From the sequence record DRR723986_3483: DNA of 64,000 nucleotides. One strand, 5' to 3'. Position 1 is the stretch's first letter. Every line of letters starts with the position of its first letter. This document shows, piece after piece, positions 19,494-30,637 of this stretch. The translations under genes and the position numbers were made by a program. Below the pieces are notes generated by a model that made no database searches, had not been told where the DNA came from, and saw only the letters and a program-made list of their open reading frames with translations.

Positions 19494-21032
19494 TTAGTTA
19501 TACCCTGGATTCTGATACATTCGCTCAGGGTCAAGTTGGTATTCATCAAACGGAATCGGGTAAAACCTATCCTTGTCCGAGAAGTTCTGAAGATTTGCTA
19601 CCCCATATTCAGACTGTTCCTTGTTTTTGAAAAACTGAACTAATTCCGGAATGGTAAAAGCTCTAAGAAGGTCATACCAGCGCTTTTGCTCAAAAGCCAA
19701 TTCCACTCTTCGCTCATGTAGGATAGCCAGTTTAAGGGTTGGGTATTTCATTGCATAATCAGGGTTTTGCATTGCCTGCTCATACAAGGGAAGGCCTGCC
19801 CTATCTCTAACCTGATTTAACATAGCAATTGCTGCGGCTTCATTTCCTAATCGCTCATTCACTTCCGCCAGCAATAAAATCACATCTGCATAGCGCATCA
19901 TGATATGGTCATTGCCTCCAAATCCATTGACACCTGCTGCATCACTTACATCACGGTATTTAGAGATAAAGTATTCCTGAACCCTGGAATCTTCTGCATA
20001 ATTCACAGAGAATGTTTTTCTAGGATCATTTTCCTCGTATTCGTTTACCAAATCAAGGTTCACTCGGGTACCGCTGCCTGTAGCAGGTCTCTGGGAATTG
20101 ATTGTTTCTCCCAAAGCCTGATTATTTCTGGCTACAGCAGAACTTAGATTCTGGTCTCCCTGACGGTAAACAATCTGGAAAATCAATTCAGGATTCGTAG
20201 ATTTTTGATCCACATCGAATACTGATTCATAGCTGATTTCCTTGAGGTCACCAAACGTTCTTTTACTGTAGGCTGCTTCCAGGTTTTGCTTTGATAAGGT
20301 AAAATATTCGCTAGGACTCTTTCCCGGTATCTGATTACTACCCATAGTCAGATAAACCTCTCCCAGCAAAGCCAATGCTGCCACTTTAGACACTCTGCCT
20401 TTGCCCGATATGGGTTGATGATCCGGCAAAGAACTTGCGGTAGCCAATTCGAGATCAGCAATGATTTGAGCATATATATTGGCTTCTGCTTCCCTGAAAG
20501 TAACCGCCTCCAATTCATCTGGAGTCTTCACTTCTATCGTTACCAAAGGAACTGCGCCCCATTTTCTAACCAAATGATAATAAGCCAAAGCTCTCAGGTA
20601 AGTCGCCTGCGCAAGATGCGAGCTTTTCAAACTTTCGTCTGTATAGCTGACAGCTTCTATATTATTGATTACATAATTAGCCCTGGATACGATGGTATAT
20701 AATGCTGACCAATGACTTTTCAGATAGGTGTTGCTGGGAATGAGGGAGAAATCTGTAAACTGAAATGGCTCCCCTGCACTCGATTGGTTGTCATTACGCC
20801 CCATGTCATCACTTCGCTCATCTATATAAACACTGCTACTTTCACCCAGAGCACTGTTACTTCGAATAGCTTGATAGATTCCGTTGACAGCTGCTTCCAC
20901 ATCTGCCGGAGCCTGTAAGAATTCATCTGCCGGAACTGCATTAGGATCCGAAAGATCCAGAAAGTCTTCTCCACAGGAAAAGAGTGCGCCCGTGCTGATG
21001 AACATAAGAAATATGATGATGTATTTTTTCAT
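19494..21032 (-). CDS. susD: SusD/RagB outer-membrane lipoprotein
   Basis: Lipobox LFSC after MKKYII (start 21032), RALAYY.LV..WG.VP, MRYADVILLLAE, ERRVELAFE, QNPGY. Confidence 0.95.
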   Translation of the reverse strand: MKKYIIIFLMFISTGALFSCGEDFLDLSDPNAVPADEFLQAPADVEAAVNGIYQAIRSNSALGESSSVYIDERSDDMGRNDNQSSAGEPFQFTDFSLIPSNTYLKSHWSALYTIVSRANYVINNIEAVSYTDESLKSSHLAQATYLRALAYYHLVRKWGAVPLVTIEVKTPDELEAVTFREAEANIYAQIIADLELATASSLPDHQPISGKGRVSKVAALALLGEVYLTMGSNQIPGKSPSEYFTLSKQNLEAAYSKRTFGDLKEISYESVFDVDQKSTNPELIFQIVYRQGDQNLSSAVARNNQALGETINSQRPATGSGTRVNLDLVNEYEENDPRKTFSVNYAEDSRVQEYFISKYRDVSDAAGVNGFGGNDHIMMRYADVILLLAEVNERLGNEAAAIAMLNQVRDRAGLPLYEQAMQNPDYAMKYPTLKLAILHERRVELAFEQKRWYDLLRAFTIPELVQFFKNKEQSEYGVANLQNFSDKDRFYPIPFDEYQLDPERMYQNPGYN

Positions 21033-21054
21033 GATTTTCAATTTTGTAATCCAA

Positions 21055-24000
21055 TTAGAAAGTGACTTTAACCCCAAGATTGTATGATCTCATCAATGGA
21101 TATTTACCATAATCTACCCCAGGAGTCAGGTTAGCCCCATCGTTGTAATCCACTTCAGGATTATATCCTAAATACTTGGTAAAAGTGAACGCATTGTCAA
21201 CGCCCATGTATATTCGGAATGCTGACAACTTCATCTTCTGCAAGGCTTCAGGCTTCACATTGTACCCCACAGTGATATTAGTAATCCTTAGGAAGGAACC
21301 ATCCTGAATGTAGAAAGTGGATAGACGTGTACTGTTACTTTGTGTACCACCTCTGGAAGCCTTGTACACCCATCCATTTCCAGGATCACTTTCACTTCTG
21401 TATCTATCATCCACTACTGCATATTGGTTGCCGGAGGCTTCCATATTGAACAGATAGTAATCCTGACCATCAAGGACTTCATTTCCCTGAGAACCGTTCA
21501 TCGATACTGCGAAGTCAAAACTTTTAAAGTTACCGCTAAGCGTAAGACCATAAGTGAAATCCGGATAAGGGGACCCTATAACTGTCTTATCCTCATCACT
21601 TACAATACCATCGCCATTTACATCTTCAAAGTAGAGGTCACCCGGACGAAGTGGATTGCTGGAAGCCAATGACCTGGGAGGCCCTTTGATTTCATAGCCC
21701 TCAGGGAAAGACTGCGTAGATGAATTATAAGCTGCATCGTCTGCGGCAATATTATCCATATCGCTTTGTCTTACCATACCTGCCACTTTGAAACCATAGA
21801 ACATACCTATAGGCTGACCGGTTGTAGTGATATGCGTCAGGTATGAACGCTCAGCTCCCCGGGAAAGGATAGTACTGGCATCCCCTAGATCCAACACCTT
21901 GTTACGGTTCAGGGAAATGTTTCCACTAAGATTCAGATTGAAGTCGCTTTTGGAAACAACCGCCGCATCAATCTGAATATCGAAGCCTTTGTTTTCCACC
22001 TTGGAATCCGGCATGTTCGTGAGGACAGAAGTAGCACCGGAAATTGCGGAGATAGGTCTGTTCAGCAATAAATTGAAGGAACGACTGAGGTAAGCGTTGG
22101 CAATCACAGATAACCTACCATTCAAGAGTTCAGTATCTACCCCTACATTGAATTGACTAGTGGATTCCCATCCTAAAGACTGATCTCTCATATTGAGCGG
22201 GTACACACCTGATTCTACCGATCCATTTCCGAAAACTACAGGCTGAGAGGTTGACACTACCTGGGCATAGTTATAATCTCCTATGTTATTGTTTCCGCTA
22301 AGTCCCCAGCTCGCCCGGAGCTTGAGGGAGGAACCTTCTCCTAACCAGTCATTGTAATAATCCTCATTGGAAATATTCCAGGCAGCTGATACAGAAGGGA
22401 AATTACCGTATCTATTGAGCGGTCCAAATCTGGAAGACCCATCCCGTCTAAATGAAGCAGTCAGGTAATATCTGCTGTCAAAGTTATATCCAACCCTAGC
22501 CAGGTAAGAAAGTAAGCGGGTCTGGGTTTTGCCAGTACCACCATTCATCTGGAAATTGGATGGATCAGCACCTTTCCCGGTGATTTCAGGAATATTATCA
22601 TTCTCAAATCCGTTGGATGTTACACTAATCACATCGGTATCAGTTGCCTGCACGGTATATCCGGCAAGAGCATTGATGGAATGTTTATTGAAATCCTTCA
22701 GATAAGCCAGGGTAAATTCCCCAAGCTTATCCCTACGATCATAAGTCTGCGCGGTAGCATAAGCCGCGTTCTTTGCCTGATCAGAATATGGTGGGTTGGC
22801 CCCGCTACTCAAGCTGGTAGGCTTGTAGAATTCATACTTTTCAAAATAAGTCTGCATTCCCAAGTTTGCTTTGAAAGTCAAGCCTTTCAGAATATCATAG
22901 CTTGCATTGGCATTGTAGGTTCCTCGCTGTCCACGACGGCTGATAATCGTTTCACTAGCCAAAGCAAGAGGGTTTTCTATGCTCTGAAACCCATAAGCTG
23001 AAGATAGTGAAGCAGCTTCGTTCTTAGCCAAGGATCCGTCTTCATTGTAAGCCTTGAAGATCGGCATGTAGATCAAAGCTCCCAAAATAGGTCCCTGATT
23101 GAATCTACCTTCCTGAACCTCACGGTTGATATTGCTGGTAAAAGCCACATTCGCTCCTACCCTAAATCGCTCACTCACTTTAGAATCCACATTCAACCTT
23201 AAATTAAATCTATCCTGATTGGTAGTCTCAATAATGCCTGGCTGATGCTGGTATCCACCACTTAGAAAGTAACGGGATTTCTCATTTCCACCATTTACAG
23301 AAAGGTTGTATCGCTGGGTATGTGCATTTCTATAAAGTACGTCCTGCCAATCTGTATCATACTCCGGTGCGATAGCCTGCTGATTGGCAAAATCATAAAA
23401 ATCAGTTGGGATACTAACCCCTCCTGCATTTCCAACATTAGAAACTCTGGTTTCATTGGAATCCGAATACATGGCATCAGTCCAGGTTCTTCCTGAATTC
23501 TCAATAAGGTTTCTGTAATTATTGTTTCTCGCATCAATCAATAAATCAACAAATTCTGTGGAGTTAAGAAGATCCACTTTTTTGGCTAACTGCTGAAGAC
23601 CTGACTGATAGTCAAATTCTACCTGCGCTTTTCCTTCTGTTCCTCTTTTAGTGGTAATCAACACTACCCCACCGGAGGCCCGGGAACCGTAGATTGCGGC
23701 AGAAGCAGCATCTTTAAGTATGTCGATGGATTCTATATCATTCGGATTGATATACACGTCATTAGCCGCAGGATAGCCATCTATTACATAAAGAGGAGAT
23801 GAACTGGCATTGATAGATCCTATGCCCCGTACTCTTATTTTAGTTGTCTCGTAAGGAGCCCCGGAAACCTGGGATACCTGTACCCCTGCAATTTTTCCGG
23901 TTAGCGCTTGTCCCAGTGTTGGAGTGGTCAAGTTCAGATCCTTTGCTTTGAGGTTGGACACGGCCCCTGTAAGGTCAGATTTGCGGAGACTTTGGTAACC

Positions 24001-24318
24001 GATTACCACAACTTCGTCCAAATCAAGATCCTGGGATACCAGCTGAACGTTGACCAAAGTCTGGCTTCCTACCGTTACTTCTTTTGGGCCATATCCCATT
24101 AGGGTAAAAACCAATACAGCACCTTCTTGGGTATCCAGCTGAAAGCTACCATCAGGATCAGTAATATCGTAATTACTGGTTCCTTTTTCCAGAATGGAAA
24201 CACCATCCAGTGGTTTTCCATCCTGATCCGTTACCGTACCACTTATTGTTCCTTGGGCAAAAGCAAAGCCCATGGAAAGAAGTGATAACAAGATCACATT
24301 GAATAATTTTCTCATCAT
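21055..24318 (-). CDS. susC: SusC/RagA TonB-dependent transporter
   Basis: LDEVVVIGY, LKDAASAAIYGSRASGGVVLITTK, RRDGSSRFG, WE, GD..F.DVNGDG, C-terminal Phe. Confidence 0.97.
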   Translation of the reverse strand: MMRKLFNVILLSLLSMGFAFAQGTISGTVTDQDGKPLDGVSILEKGTSNYDITDPDGSFQLDTQEGAVLVFTLMGYGPKEVTVGSQTLVNVQLVSQDLDLDEVVVIGYQSLRKSDLTGAVSNLKAKDLNLTTPTLGQALTGKIAGVQVSQVSGAPYETTKIRVRGIGSINASSSPLYVIDGYPAANDVYINPNDIESIDILKDAASAAIYGSRASGGVVLITTKRGTEGKAQVEFDYQSGLQQLAKKVDLLNSTEFVDLLIDARNNNYRNLIENSGRTWTDAMYSDSNETRVSNVGNAGGVSIPTDFYDFANQQAIAPEYDTDWQDVLYRNAHTQRYNLSVNGGNEKSRYFLSGGYQHQPGIIETTNQDRFNLRLNVDSKVSERFRVGANVAFTSNINREVQEGRFNQGPILGALIYMPIFKAYNEDGSLAKNEAASLSSAYGFQSIENPLALASETIISRRGQRGTYNANASYDILKGLTFKANLGMQTYFEKYEFYKPTSLSSGANPPYSDQAKNAAYATAQTYDRRDKLGEFTLAYLKDFNKHSINALAGYTVQATDTDVISVTSNGFENDNIPEITGKGADPSNFQMNGGTGKTQTRLLSYLARVGYNFDSRYYLTASFRRDGSSRFGPLNRYGNFPSVSAAWNISNEDYYNDWLGEGSSLKLRASWGLSGNNNIGDYNYAQVVSTSQPVVFGNGSVESGVYPLNMRDQSLGWESTSQFNVGVDTELLNGRLSVIANAYLSRSFNLLLNRPISAISGATSVLTNMPDSKVENKGFDIQIDAAVVSKSDFNLNLSGNISLNRNKVLDLGDASTILSRGAERSYLTHITTTGQPIGMFYGFKVAGMVRQSDMDNIAADDAAYNSSTQSFPEGYEIKGPPRSLASSNPLRPGDLYFEDVNGDGIVSDEDKTVIGSPYPDFTYGLTLSGNFKSFDFAVSMNGSQGNEVLDGQDYYLFNMEASGNQYAVVDDRYRSESDPGNGWVYKASRGGTQSNSTRLSTFYIQDGSFLRITNITVGYNVKPEALQKMKLSAFRIYMGVDNAFTFTKYLGYNPEVDYNDGANLTPGVDYGKYPLMRSYNLGVKVTF

Positions 24319-24337
24319 GTAGTTAAAAGTTTAAGAA

Positions 24338-25195
24338 TTAGGGGATTTGAATCAAGGCGGCATTCTGGGTTCTGGAAGAGGATACTGCTATACCAAGGGA
24401 TGGATTGAGCAGGCAAAAGCCTTCCAACTCGTCTTTTCTATCAAAGTCTATCTGTTCAATTACTACCTCTTTTCCAGCCTTAAGGGATGCTTCCAAATCC
24501 AGAAAAGTCAAACGCCATAACCGCCCTTCAATTTGGTTTTGGATCAACACAAGAATACCATCATCGGCTATCCAGTGTAAATTTTGCACCCAGGGAGAAC
24601 AGCTGAATTTTTCTACCAAAACTCCCGGCTCGGAAGTCTTCTGGGCTTCAAGCAGTTTCTCAGGATCATAAAGGCGGACTTCATTACCTGAAGGTCCGTA
24701 GTCGGAAGTGGCAACCAGCATTTTGCCATTATAGGTGACATATTCAGGGCGTGTACCCTGAATGCAGGCATCGTCCTCAATGGTAGCAATAAGATTTCCG
24801 TCCAAGGTTTTTGACTTTAAAAAACCATCCCAGTCAATGGCATAGATCATGGCTTTCCATAGCGTACCTTCCTTATTCAGACGAATGGAATTCCCCATGA
24901 AAGTTGGAAAACCTTGGACATGAGCAATCCCTGTGGGATGATTGATCAAATCCTTTCCATCCACAGTAAATAGGTATTCTTCACCGGAATAAGCGATAGA
25001 ATCCTGAAATGAAAACCTTCTCATCATCCCCACCTCACGGTCACCGTAGATATAAATACGATCATCTATGTTGGTTACACCCTGGGCGGCTCCCAATTCT
25101 GGAAGGGTTTGAAGCTGGGTAATGGACATTTCCTGAGCGCTCAGTCGCAATAGAGCAAAGCTGAAAAGAAATGTAGAGGCAAAAATCTTCTTCAT
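24338..25195 (-). CDS. secreted hypothetical protein (possible beta-propeller)
   Basis: Signal peptide from MKKIFAS (25195); short blade-like motifs AQG, HPTG, RPE, VQN, ELEG. Confidence 0.75.
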   Translation of the reverse strand: MKKIFASTFLFSFALLRLSAQEMSITQLQTLPELGAAQGVTNIDDRIYIYGDREVGMMRRFSFQDSIAYSGEEYLFTVDGKDLINHPTGIAHVQGFPTFMGNSIRLNKEGTLWKAMIYAIDWDGFLKSKTLDGNLIATIEDDACIQGTRPEYVTYNGKMLVATSDYGPSGNEVRLYDPEKLLEAQKTSEPGVLVEKFSCSPWVQNLHWIADDGILVLIQNQIEGRLWRLTFLDLEASLKAGKEVVIEQIDFDRKDELEGFCLLNPSLGIAVSSSRTQNAALIQIP

Positions 25196-25196
25196 T

Positions 25197-26450
25197 CTAA
25201 GGATCAAGTGGTTCATCAGTATCAATTTGAAGAGAGGTAATCAGTGGATAAAATTCAGCAGCCGTAGCTGATAGACGCTTTCCATTGGAATAGGCATGGT
25301 AGCCCAGTTCGCGCATACATCTATTATGCATTACATCTGAATAGATATAGGAACTTTGCGCTGGAGTAGTCACCGTAATTGATGGTCTGTCAGTTGGAAA
25401 GCCGTAGCGGAACATGATCCTGGCAGTATTTCTCATGTTGGTGGTGGTGTGCCTTGCATGAGGATCAATCAGAATTGCTGATTCCGGAACCCCCAGTTTC
25501 AGCAGGTATCGTTTCATCTCTATTGCCTCATTGTGAAGCACTTTGTAGGGATGTACATACCCCCCGGAAACCATAATAAATGGAGCCCTCTTTTTCTGAT
25601 ATGCGTCAAAAGCAAGCTGACACCGCAATACTCCTCCTGAGCTGAGGCTGTCTAAGTAATTGTCCGTTCCAGCTCCAGGAATTAAGATCAGGGGATAGTC
25701 GTACTTGCTCCAATCGGTAGCTTCCACAGTTTCGAAGGCAGCCTTATTTTCATACTCCATCATAGGTTCGAAGTCACCTGCACGCTCAAATCTGGCCATA
25801 GCCAAAGCATCCATGGCATAACCCATAGTCAACTGATAAAAGATTTTTGTACCCTTATATTTCACAAAGGCCAGTTCACTTAACGCCTGAATATTAGCGA
25901 GGTAAGTGGATGAATTTAGGTTCATCCCCAATGAGTCAATTTTAGGATAATTAGGTTTCTCTCCCCGGCCATATACCGCAATTATGTGATTGATTGTGGC
26001 GGCGTCCTGCTTCCAGGCATTCGCCAAAAAAAGTGCTGGATCTTCCGAAGCATTCAACTGATACATCCCGGAGGGTGCCAGATGCTTGATCACAATAGAA
26101 GTCAACGAAGTATTTTCCTTCGCGAGCTGTTCGAGGCGTTCAGCTATCAAATCAATTTCCTGTGCGGTAAATCCGAAGGCAGCTGGATAACAAGGTGCTT
26201 CCTTTCCACAATCCTTTAACGATTCGGACAAAAGATCAAATTTTGCGGAAGCAATTGCCGACAGAGCTTTATCCTTTTCTAAGAGACTTTTTACTTCAGG
26301 CATCTCCTCAATCAAGCTGAGCAGATAGACATTTTTCGACAAAGTTGGATGCTGACCTAAGACTGGAAAGTAATTTGGCTGAGGATCACTTTGTCCCCAA
26401 CAAACGTTTACCAAAAGCAGCAATAGGAATAATAAAGGCGGCTTTTTCAT
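25197..26450 (-). CDS. YdcF/DUF218 (ElyC/SanA-like) family protein, secreted, with long N-terminal extension
   Basis: LIPGAG, MVSGG, EA..MK.YL...GVP..AI.ID..ARHTTTN. Confidence 0.85.
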   Translation of the reverse strand: MKKPPLLFLLLLLVNVCWGQSDPQPNYFPVLGQHPTLSKNVYLLSLIEEMPEVKSLLEKDKALSAIASAKFDLLSESLKDCGKEAPCYPAAFGFTAQEIDLIAERLEQLAKENTSLTSIVIKHLAPSGMYQLNASEDPALFLANAWKQDAATINHIIAVYGRGEKPNYPKIDSLGMNLNSSTYLANIQALSELAFVKYKGTKIFYQLTMGYAMDALAMARFERAGDFEPMMEYENKAAFETVEATDWSKYDYPLILIPGAGTDNYLDSLSSGGVLRCQLAFDAYQKKRAPFIMVSGGYVHPYKVLHNEAIEMKRYLLKLGVPESAILIDPHARHTTTNMRNTARIMFRYGFPTDRPSITVTTPAQSSYIYSDVMHNRCMRELGYHAYSNGKRLSATAAEFYPLITSLQIDTDEPLDP

Positions 26451-26876
26451 GCCACAAAGGACGAAAGCATTTGAGTGATTTAGAGCGCTGCTTCAGTTAT
26501 CAAAAAATGAAAAAATTGTGACGTGAAGGTCCTTGTCAGGAAAGTGAAAGTTGGAGTATAAAACCCGCAAAAATGGATTAAAATCAATCTATTAAAGCTG
26601 AGCAAAATTTTTAGACTAGTGAATTGTTAAACATCTGAAGCAAATAGCTGCAAAAATTGGGAGGAAGAGAATAAGCTGACTTTTTCTGAAAAAGTTTTCT
26701 CCTTGTTAATACTATGTTAAACACAAGCTTTTTCCACCAGTTATCCTTAGTTGATATTAAAAAATCAACAATTGTGATGAATGGAAATAGGAGTTTTAAT
26801 CGTTTACTGGATAGAATTTGATTTTCCAGCATAGTATTTCAGTATTCGTTAAATTCAAAAAAAACTCTCACGAACC

Positions 26877-27206
26877 ATGAATGAATACCAAAATCCCAAA
26901 GACAGAAAATACACCAATGATTTGCTTCAAGCAGCTCCAAAAGAGTCTGCCGCATTTATGAATCTCAAACACACAGCAGAAAGAAAAGACGGAGTAATTC
27001 CTGTGAAATACCGGGAACTCATCTCCATCGCTGTGGCGCTTACCACTCAATGTGCCTATTGTTTAGAATCCCATATTCAAAACGCCAAGGATGCCGGAGC
27101 TTCAAAAGAAGAAATTGCTGAAACAGTTTTTATTGCCTCAGCCATTAGGGCAGGTGGAGCTGTAGGAAACGGGCTAATGGCAATGCGTATTTTTGATGAA
27201 ATCTAA
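26877..27206 (+). CDS. carboxymuconolactone decarboxylase / AhpD-like protein
   Basis: RELISIAVA..QCAYCLESH...GAS.EEIAE. Confidence 0.9.
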   Translation: MNEYQNPKDRKYTNDLLQAAPKESAAFMNLKHTAERKDGVIPVKYRELISIAVALTTQCAYCLESHIQNAKDAGASKEEIAETVFIASAIRAGGAVGNGLMAMRIFDEI

Positions 27207-27301
27207 ATTCGAAACACAGTTGTCTGAAGAACGTAGGATTAAAAACCAACTCATCCTACCTATCTCATGTTTTCCAAAAAACATGGGTTTAAAAGCTTAC
27301 C

Positions 27302-28018
27302 ATGAATGAACCTAAATCTCCTTCCAAAAGGAAAAGCAGAATTCCACTTTACCTTTCCATATTAATTTTAGCAATATTGGCAGGATGTTACTTCACCATC
27401 CCTTCTTTCAATCACTTTCTCACCGAAGCTTGGAATGTGCTTACCAGTGATGACGAAACGCGGATTAAAACCTGGGTGGAAGGCTTTGGATGGATTGGCC
27501 CCGTTTTGATCATTTTGGCTATGGTGGCTCAAATGTTCCTACTGGTAATTCCCTCGTTTTTATTAATGATTGTTGCAATTCTTGCCTATGGCCCCATTTG
27601 GGGGGCTATAATAAGCCTAGTTGCTGTTTGCTTTGCTTCCTCTGTAGGTTATGCAATTGGTAGGCTGGTCGGTAAATCTTTTGTCACCCGACTTTTGGGC
27701 GACAAAACACTCAAACAGGTCAGTTCATTTATAGAAGATTATGGTTTTTGGGCGGTGGCCATCACACGGATAAATCCTTTCCTTTCAAATGATGCTATCA
27801 GCTTTGTTGCCGGAATAATAAAAATGGATTATTGGAAGTTTATTGCTGCAACTTTGACCGGCATCATTCCACTCATTCTGTTAATAGCTATTAGCGGAAA
27901 AAATACCGAATCCCTCAAATCTGGATTGATTTGGGGATCCATTGCCTGCTTGGTAATATTTATGGGATATATCTTCTGGGATAAAAGAATAAAGGGTCAT
28001 CGAAAAACTGCTGTTTAA
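27302..28018 (+). CDS. TVP38/TMEM64 (DedA/VTT) family membrane protein
   Basis: Multiple TM segments, YAIGR, RINPFLSNDAISFVAG, F..AT..GIIP. Confidence 0.88.
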   Translation: MNEPKSPSKRKSRIPLYLSILILAILAGCYFTIPSFNHFLTEAWNVLTSDDETRIKTWVEGFGWIGPVLIILAMVAQMFLLVIPSFLLMIVAILAYGPIWGAIISLVAVCFASSVGYAIGRLVGKSFVTRLLGDKTLKQVSSFIEDYGFWAVAITRINPFLSNDAISFVAGIIKMDYWKFIAATLTGIIPLILLIAISGKNTESLKSGLIWGSIACLVIFMGYIFWDKRIKGHRKTAV

Positions 28019-28197
28019 TAAGCAAAATCCCACTGCATAAAAAAGAGAAACATGCTCACCCAAATAGTCAAATCAACCTCGGGATTGATTTGTCTTCAAG
28101 AGATAAGCATGTTCCTGAGAAGCTTCAATTAGTGGTGTTGCTTAAAGGTGATCTCCTTTGTAAGCCTGTTTTGTGTCTGGGTAAATATTCCTTACAA

Positions 28198-29445
28198 TCA
28201 TTTCAATGGCTTAAGAATACACATGGCTTCTGCCAGCATGCATCCAGACAACATTGGCGTCAAAGCCACTGGATCATCATCACCAGGAGCATTCCACCAA
28301 TCCCCACCAAAAAGCATGGTGTTCTTGTTCAATCCATTTTCTGCCATTACAGTCGCACACTTGGTGATGTAATCATGGAATTTCTTATGTGTGTCAGCAT
28401 CCAGATCTGGCTCATTTACCAGCTTTACAAAATATCTAAAGAAGATCCCATTGAACAATCCGCCATCCCCACTGGTGGCATTTCCTAAGACACCCTTGTT
28501 ACCTGACATGTGATCAATCACATAATTTGAAGCATTAATAGCGTCTTCCAGGTAGTGTTTTTCCCCAGTGATCTTATAAAGCTCGTGAGCTGCACCGATG
28601 AATGTTCCCTGATTATAGGTATAGATAGCAGGATTGATTTCTCCCGCCAGGTTCATATTATCATAGACTTTCCCTTCCGCCTCTTCATAGAGATTGCCCC
28701 TTAGCCAAGAATATATTTTTACCGCTTCTTCCAAATAAGCTTCTTTGGACTTGTCTCCAGGTTCCTTTATCTGATCATACATACTGTAAATTCTTGCTGC
28801 TACTAGCGCCCCAGGGCCATTTGAACAAGCATTTTTGGATTTTTCCACATCAGTTTTCCAGGTTATCCCCCCATACCACGGAGCCTCATTTTCAGGTCCC
28901 CATTGAGGCCATATCCAATCCTTATACATCTGATTTGCTTTGGAGAAATAAGCTTCATTGCCTGTGGATTCATACATTCTCAATTGGGCCAGCACTATCC
29001 ATTCCATGTCGTCCACAAATACATTCCACCAAGGATCCTCTTCTCTTCCTGAAAAATTATATGTAGGAGCTCCTTTCCACCAGAGTGGATAATAATCCAA
29101 ATAGAACTGATCCGATGTGCGATTATATGCATCCACAACTACATCCATCGCATGTGCCTGAGGCCAATAATGGTTTGTTGTCATATTAGACAAGTCACTA
29201 CCATAATTAAAATAATACCTATCCTCATAGCCTTTGAAGTTTGCTCCCCAGAAATGAGTAACCATTGCTTTACTCATTCCTTCAGCTATTTTTTCCCAAT
29301 AAGCCTGATCTTTATAGGAAGTTTTCTCATCTGCCTGAGTCTGATCTTGCCCAGACTCCAATTCACTATTCATCTTACTTTTACTTCCGCAAAATGAAAA
29401 AACAAAGATTGAAACTACCGATAATATTATATTGATTTTACGCAT
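28198..29445 (-). CDS. GH76 endo-alpha-1,6-mannanase-family lipoprotein
   Basis: YWPQAH, FVDDMEW (catalytic DD), GGITW, KNACSNGP, YTYNQG, DGGLFNGIF.RY. Confidence 0.93.
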   Translation of the reverse strand: MRKINIILSVVSIFVFSFCGSKSKMNSELESGQDQTQADEKTSYKDQAYWEKIAEGMSKAMVTHFWGANFKGYEDRYYFNYGSDLSNMTTNHYWPQAHAMDVVVDAYNRTSDQFYLDYYPLWWKGAPTYNFSGREEDPWWNVFVDDMEWIVLAQLRMYESTGNEAYFSKANQMYKDWIWPQWGPENEAPWYGGITWKTDVEKSKNACSNGPGALVAARIYSMYDQIKEPGDKSKEAYLEEAVKIYSWLRGNLYEEAEGKVYDNMNLAGEINPAIYTYNQGTFIGAAHELYKITGEKHYLEDAINASNYVIDHMSGNKGVLGNATSGDGGLFNGIFFRYFVKLVNEPDLDADTHKKFHDYITKCATVMAENGLNKNTMLFGGDWWNAPGDDDPVALTPMLSGCMLAEAMCILKPLK

Positions 29446-29460
29446 CTCTTGTCAACTTTC

Positions 29461-30615
29461 TTAATCAAAAATTTCTTCCTCCTGGAGTAACGCTGCTGCT
29501 TCCATCAACATCAATCCGGATAACTGTGTAGTCAGATCTGTCCCATCTATTGGTAACTGTCGCCAGTTAGGACCGCACAGCATATCTGGCCTATTTAATC
29601 CGTTTTTGTAAAACGTCGTAGCATTGAAATTCAGGAAGTCAACCATGCTTTTCTTATCTGCTTCATTGATAGCTGGCTCTTGAATCAATTCAGTAAAGTA
29701 TCTTACAAAGATCCCTTTGAATAATCCTCCATCTCCCTGCCCTTCGTCTCTAAGTATACCTTCAGTAGAAATTTCGGATCGGATCATAGAAGATTTTGCC
29801 GTCCGAACCGCGTCTAATAAATAGCCATTTTCTCCTGTAATTTGATAAAGGCGAAGACCGGAACCGATCCAGGTCCCAGCATTATAGGTGAAAATCCAGT
29901 TCTTTTTAACAGTAGGTACTCCTTCAATCAACTCAATATTATCCCAAACCAAACCGGTTTCAGGATCTACCAAATTGGCTTTTTGCCAAGTGTAGAGATC
30001 TTTTGCCCATTGCAGATAATAGTCATTCCCAGTGACATTGTATAATCTCGTTGCCAAGACTATGGTCGGACCATTGGAAACCGCATTTTTTAGATTTGGA
30101 GTATCTTTTTTCCAGGTAATTCCCCCTCCGAAAACTTCACTGTAACTCTCTAACACATCATGCCAAAGGAACTCAGCTACCTCCAAATATTCCTCATCTT
30201 CTGTAGCTTCATAGGCACGAACACAGGAGTTCCCAAGCCATAACATATCATCATTGAATACATTGGAATAGGTTCCTCCGTTATTTGATTTTATAGCACG
30301 CAACAGCTTCTTCATCCTATCCAAGTACGCTCCATTTCCCGTCCTTGTGTAAGCATCCACATATACGTGAAGCGCGTGTGCGTTTGGCCAATAACCCCCA
30401 AATGACCCTCCGGGATTGAAATTAAAGCTTCCATCCGCGGCAACGTATAGTGAGTAAGTGGAATTCTGCATGGAGTCAGCAGTTGACCCCCAATCATACT
30501 GTATCTCTTCTTCCTGTTGAAAATCTTTCCGAAGAGGCCCCAAATCCTTGTCAATACAAGAGACCAATGATATCCCCATCAGGAAAAGCACAACTACTGA
30601 ATTAATATTTTTCAT
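29461..30615 (-). CDS. GH76 family surface lipoprotein
   Basis: Lipobox LVSC, YWPNAH, FNDDMLW, GGITW, KNAVSNGP, FTYNAG, GDGGLFKGIFVRY. Confidence 0.93.
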   Translation of the reverse strand: MKNINSVVVLFLMGISLVSCIDKDLGPLRKDFQQEEEIQYDWGSTADSMQNSTYSLYVAADGSFNFNPGGSFGGYWPNAHALHVYVDAYTRTGNGAYLDRMKKLLRAIKSNNGGTYSNVFNDDMLWLGNSCVRAYEATEDEEYLEVAEFLWHDVLESYSEVFGGGITWKKDTPNLKNAVSNGPTIVLATRLYNVTGNDYYLQWAKDLYTWQKANLVDPETGLVWDNIELIEGVPTVKKNWIFTYNAGTWIGSGLRLYQITGENGYLLDAVRTAKSSMIRSEISTEGILRDEGQGDGGLFKGIFVRYFTELIQEPAINEADKKSMVDFLNFNATTFYKNGLNRPDMLCGPNWRQLPIDGTDLTTQLSGLMLMEAAALLQEEEIFD

Positions 30616-30637
30616 GTTTTTCTTATTCTGATATGTT

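Noticed and set aside
28069-28092. CAAATCAA/TTGATTTG hairpin between convergent genes
   Set aside because: AT-rich weak stem without a clear U-tract; not confidently a terminator
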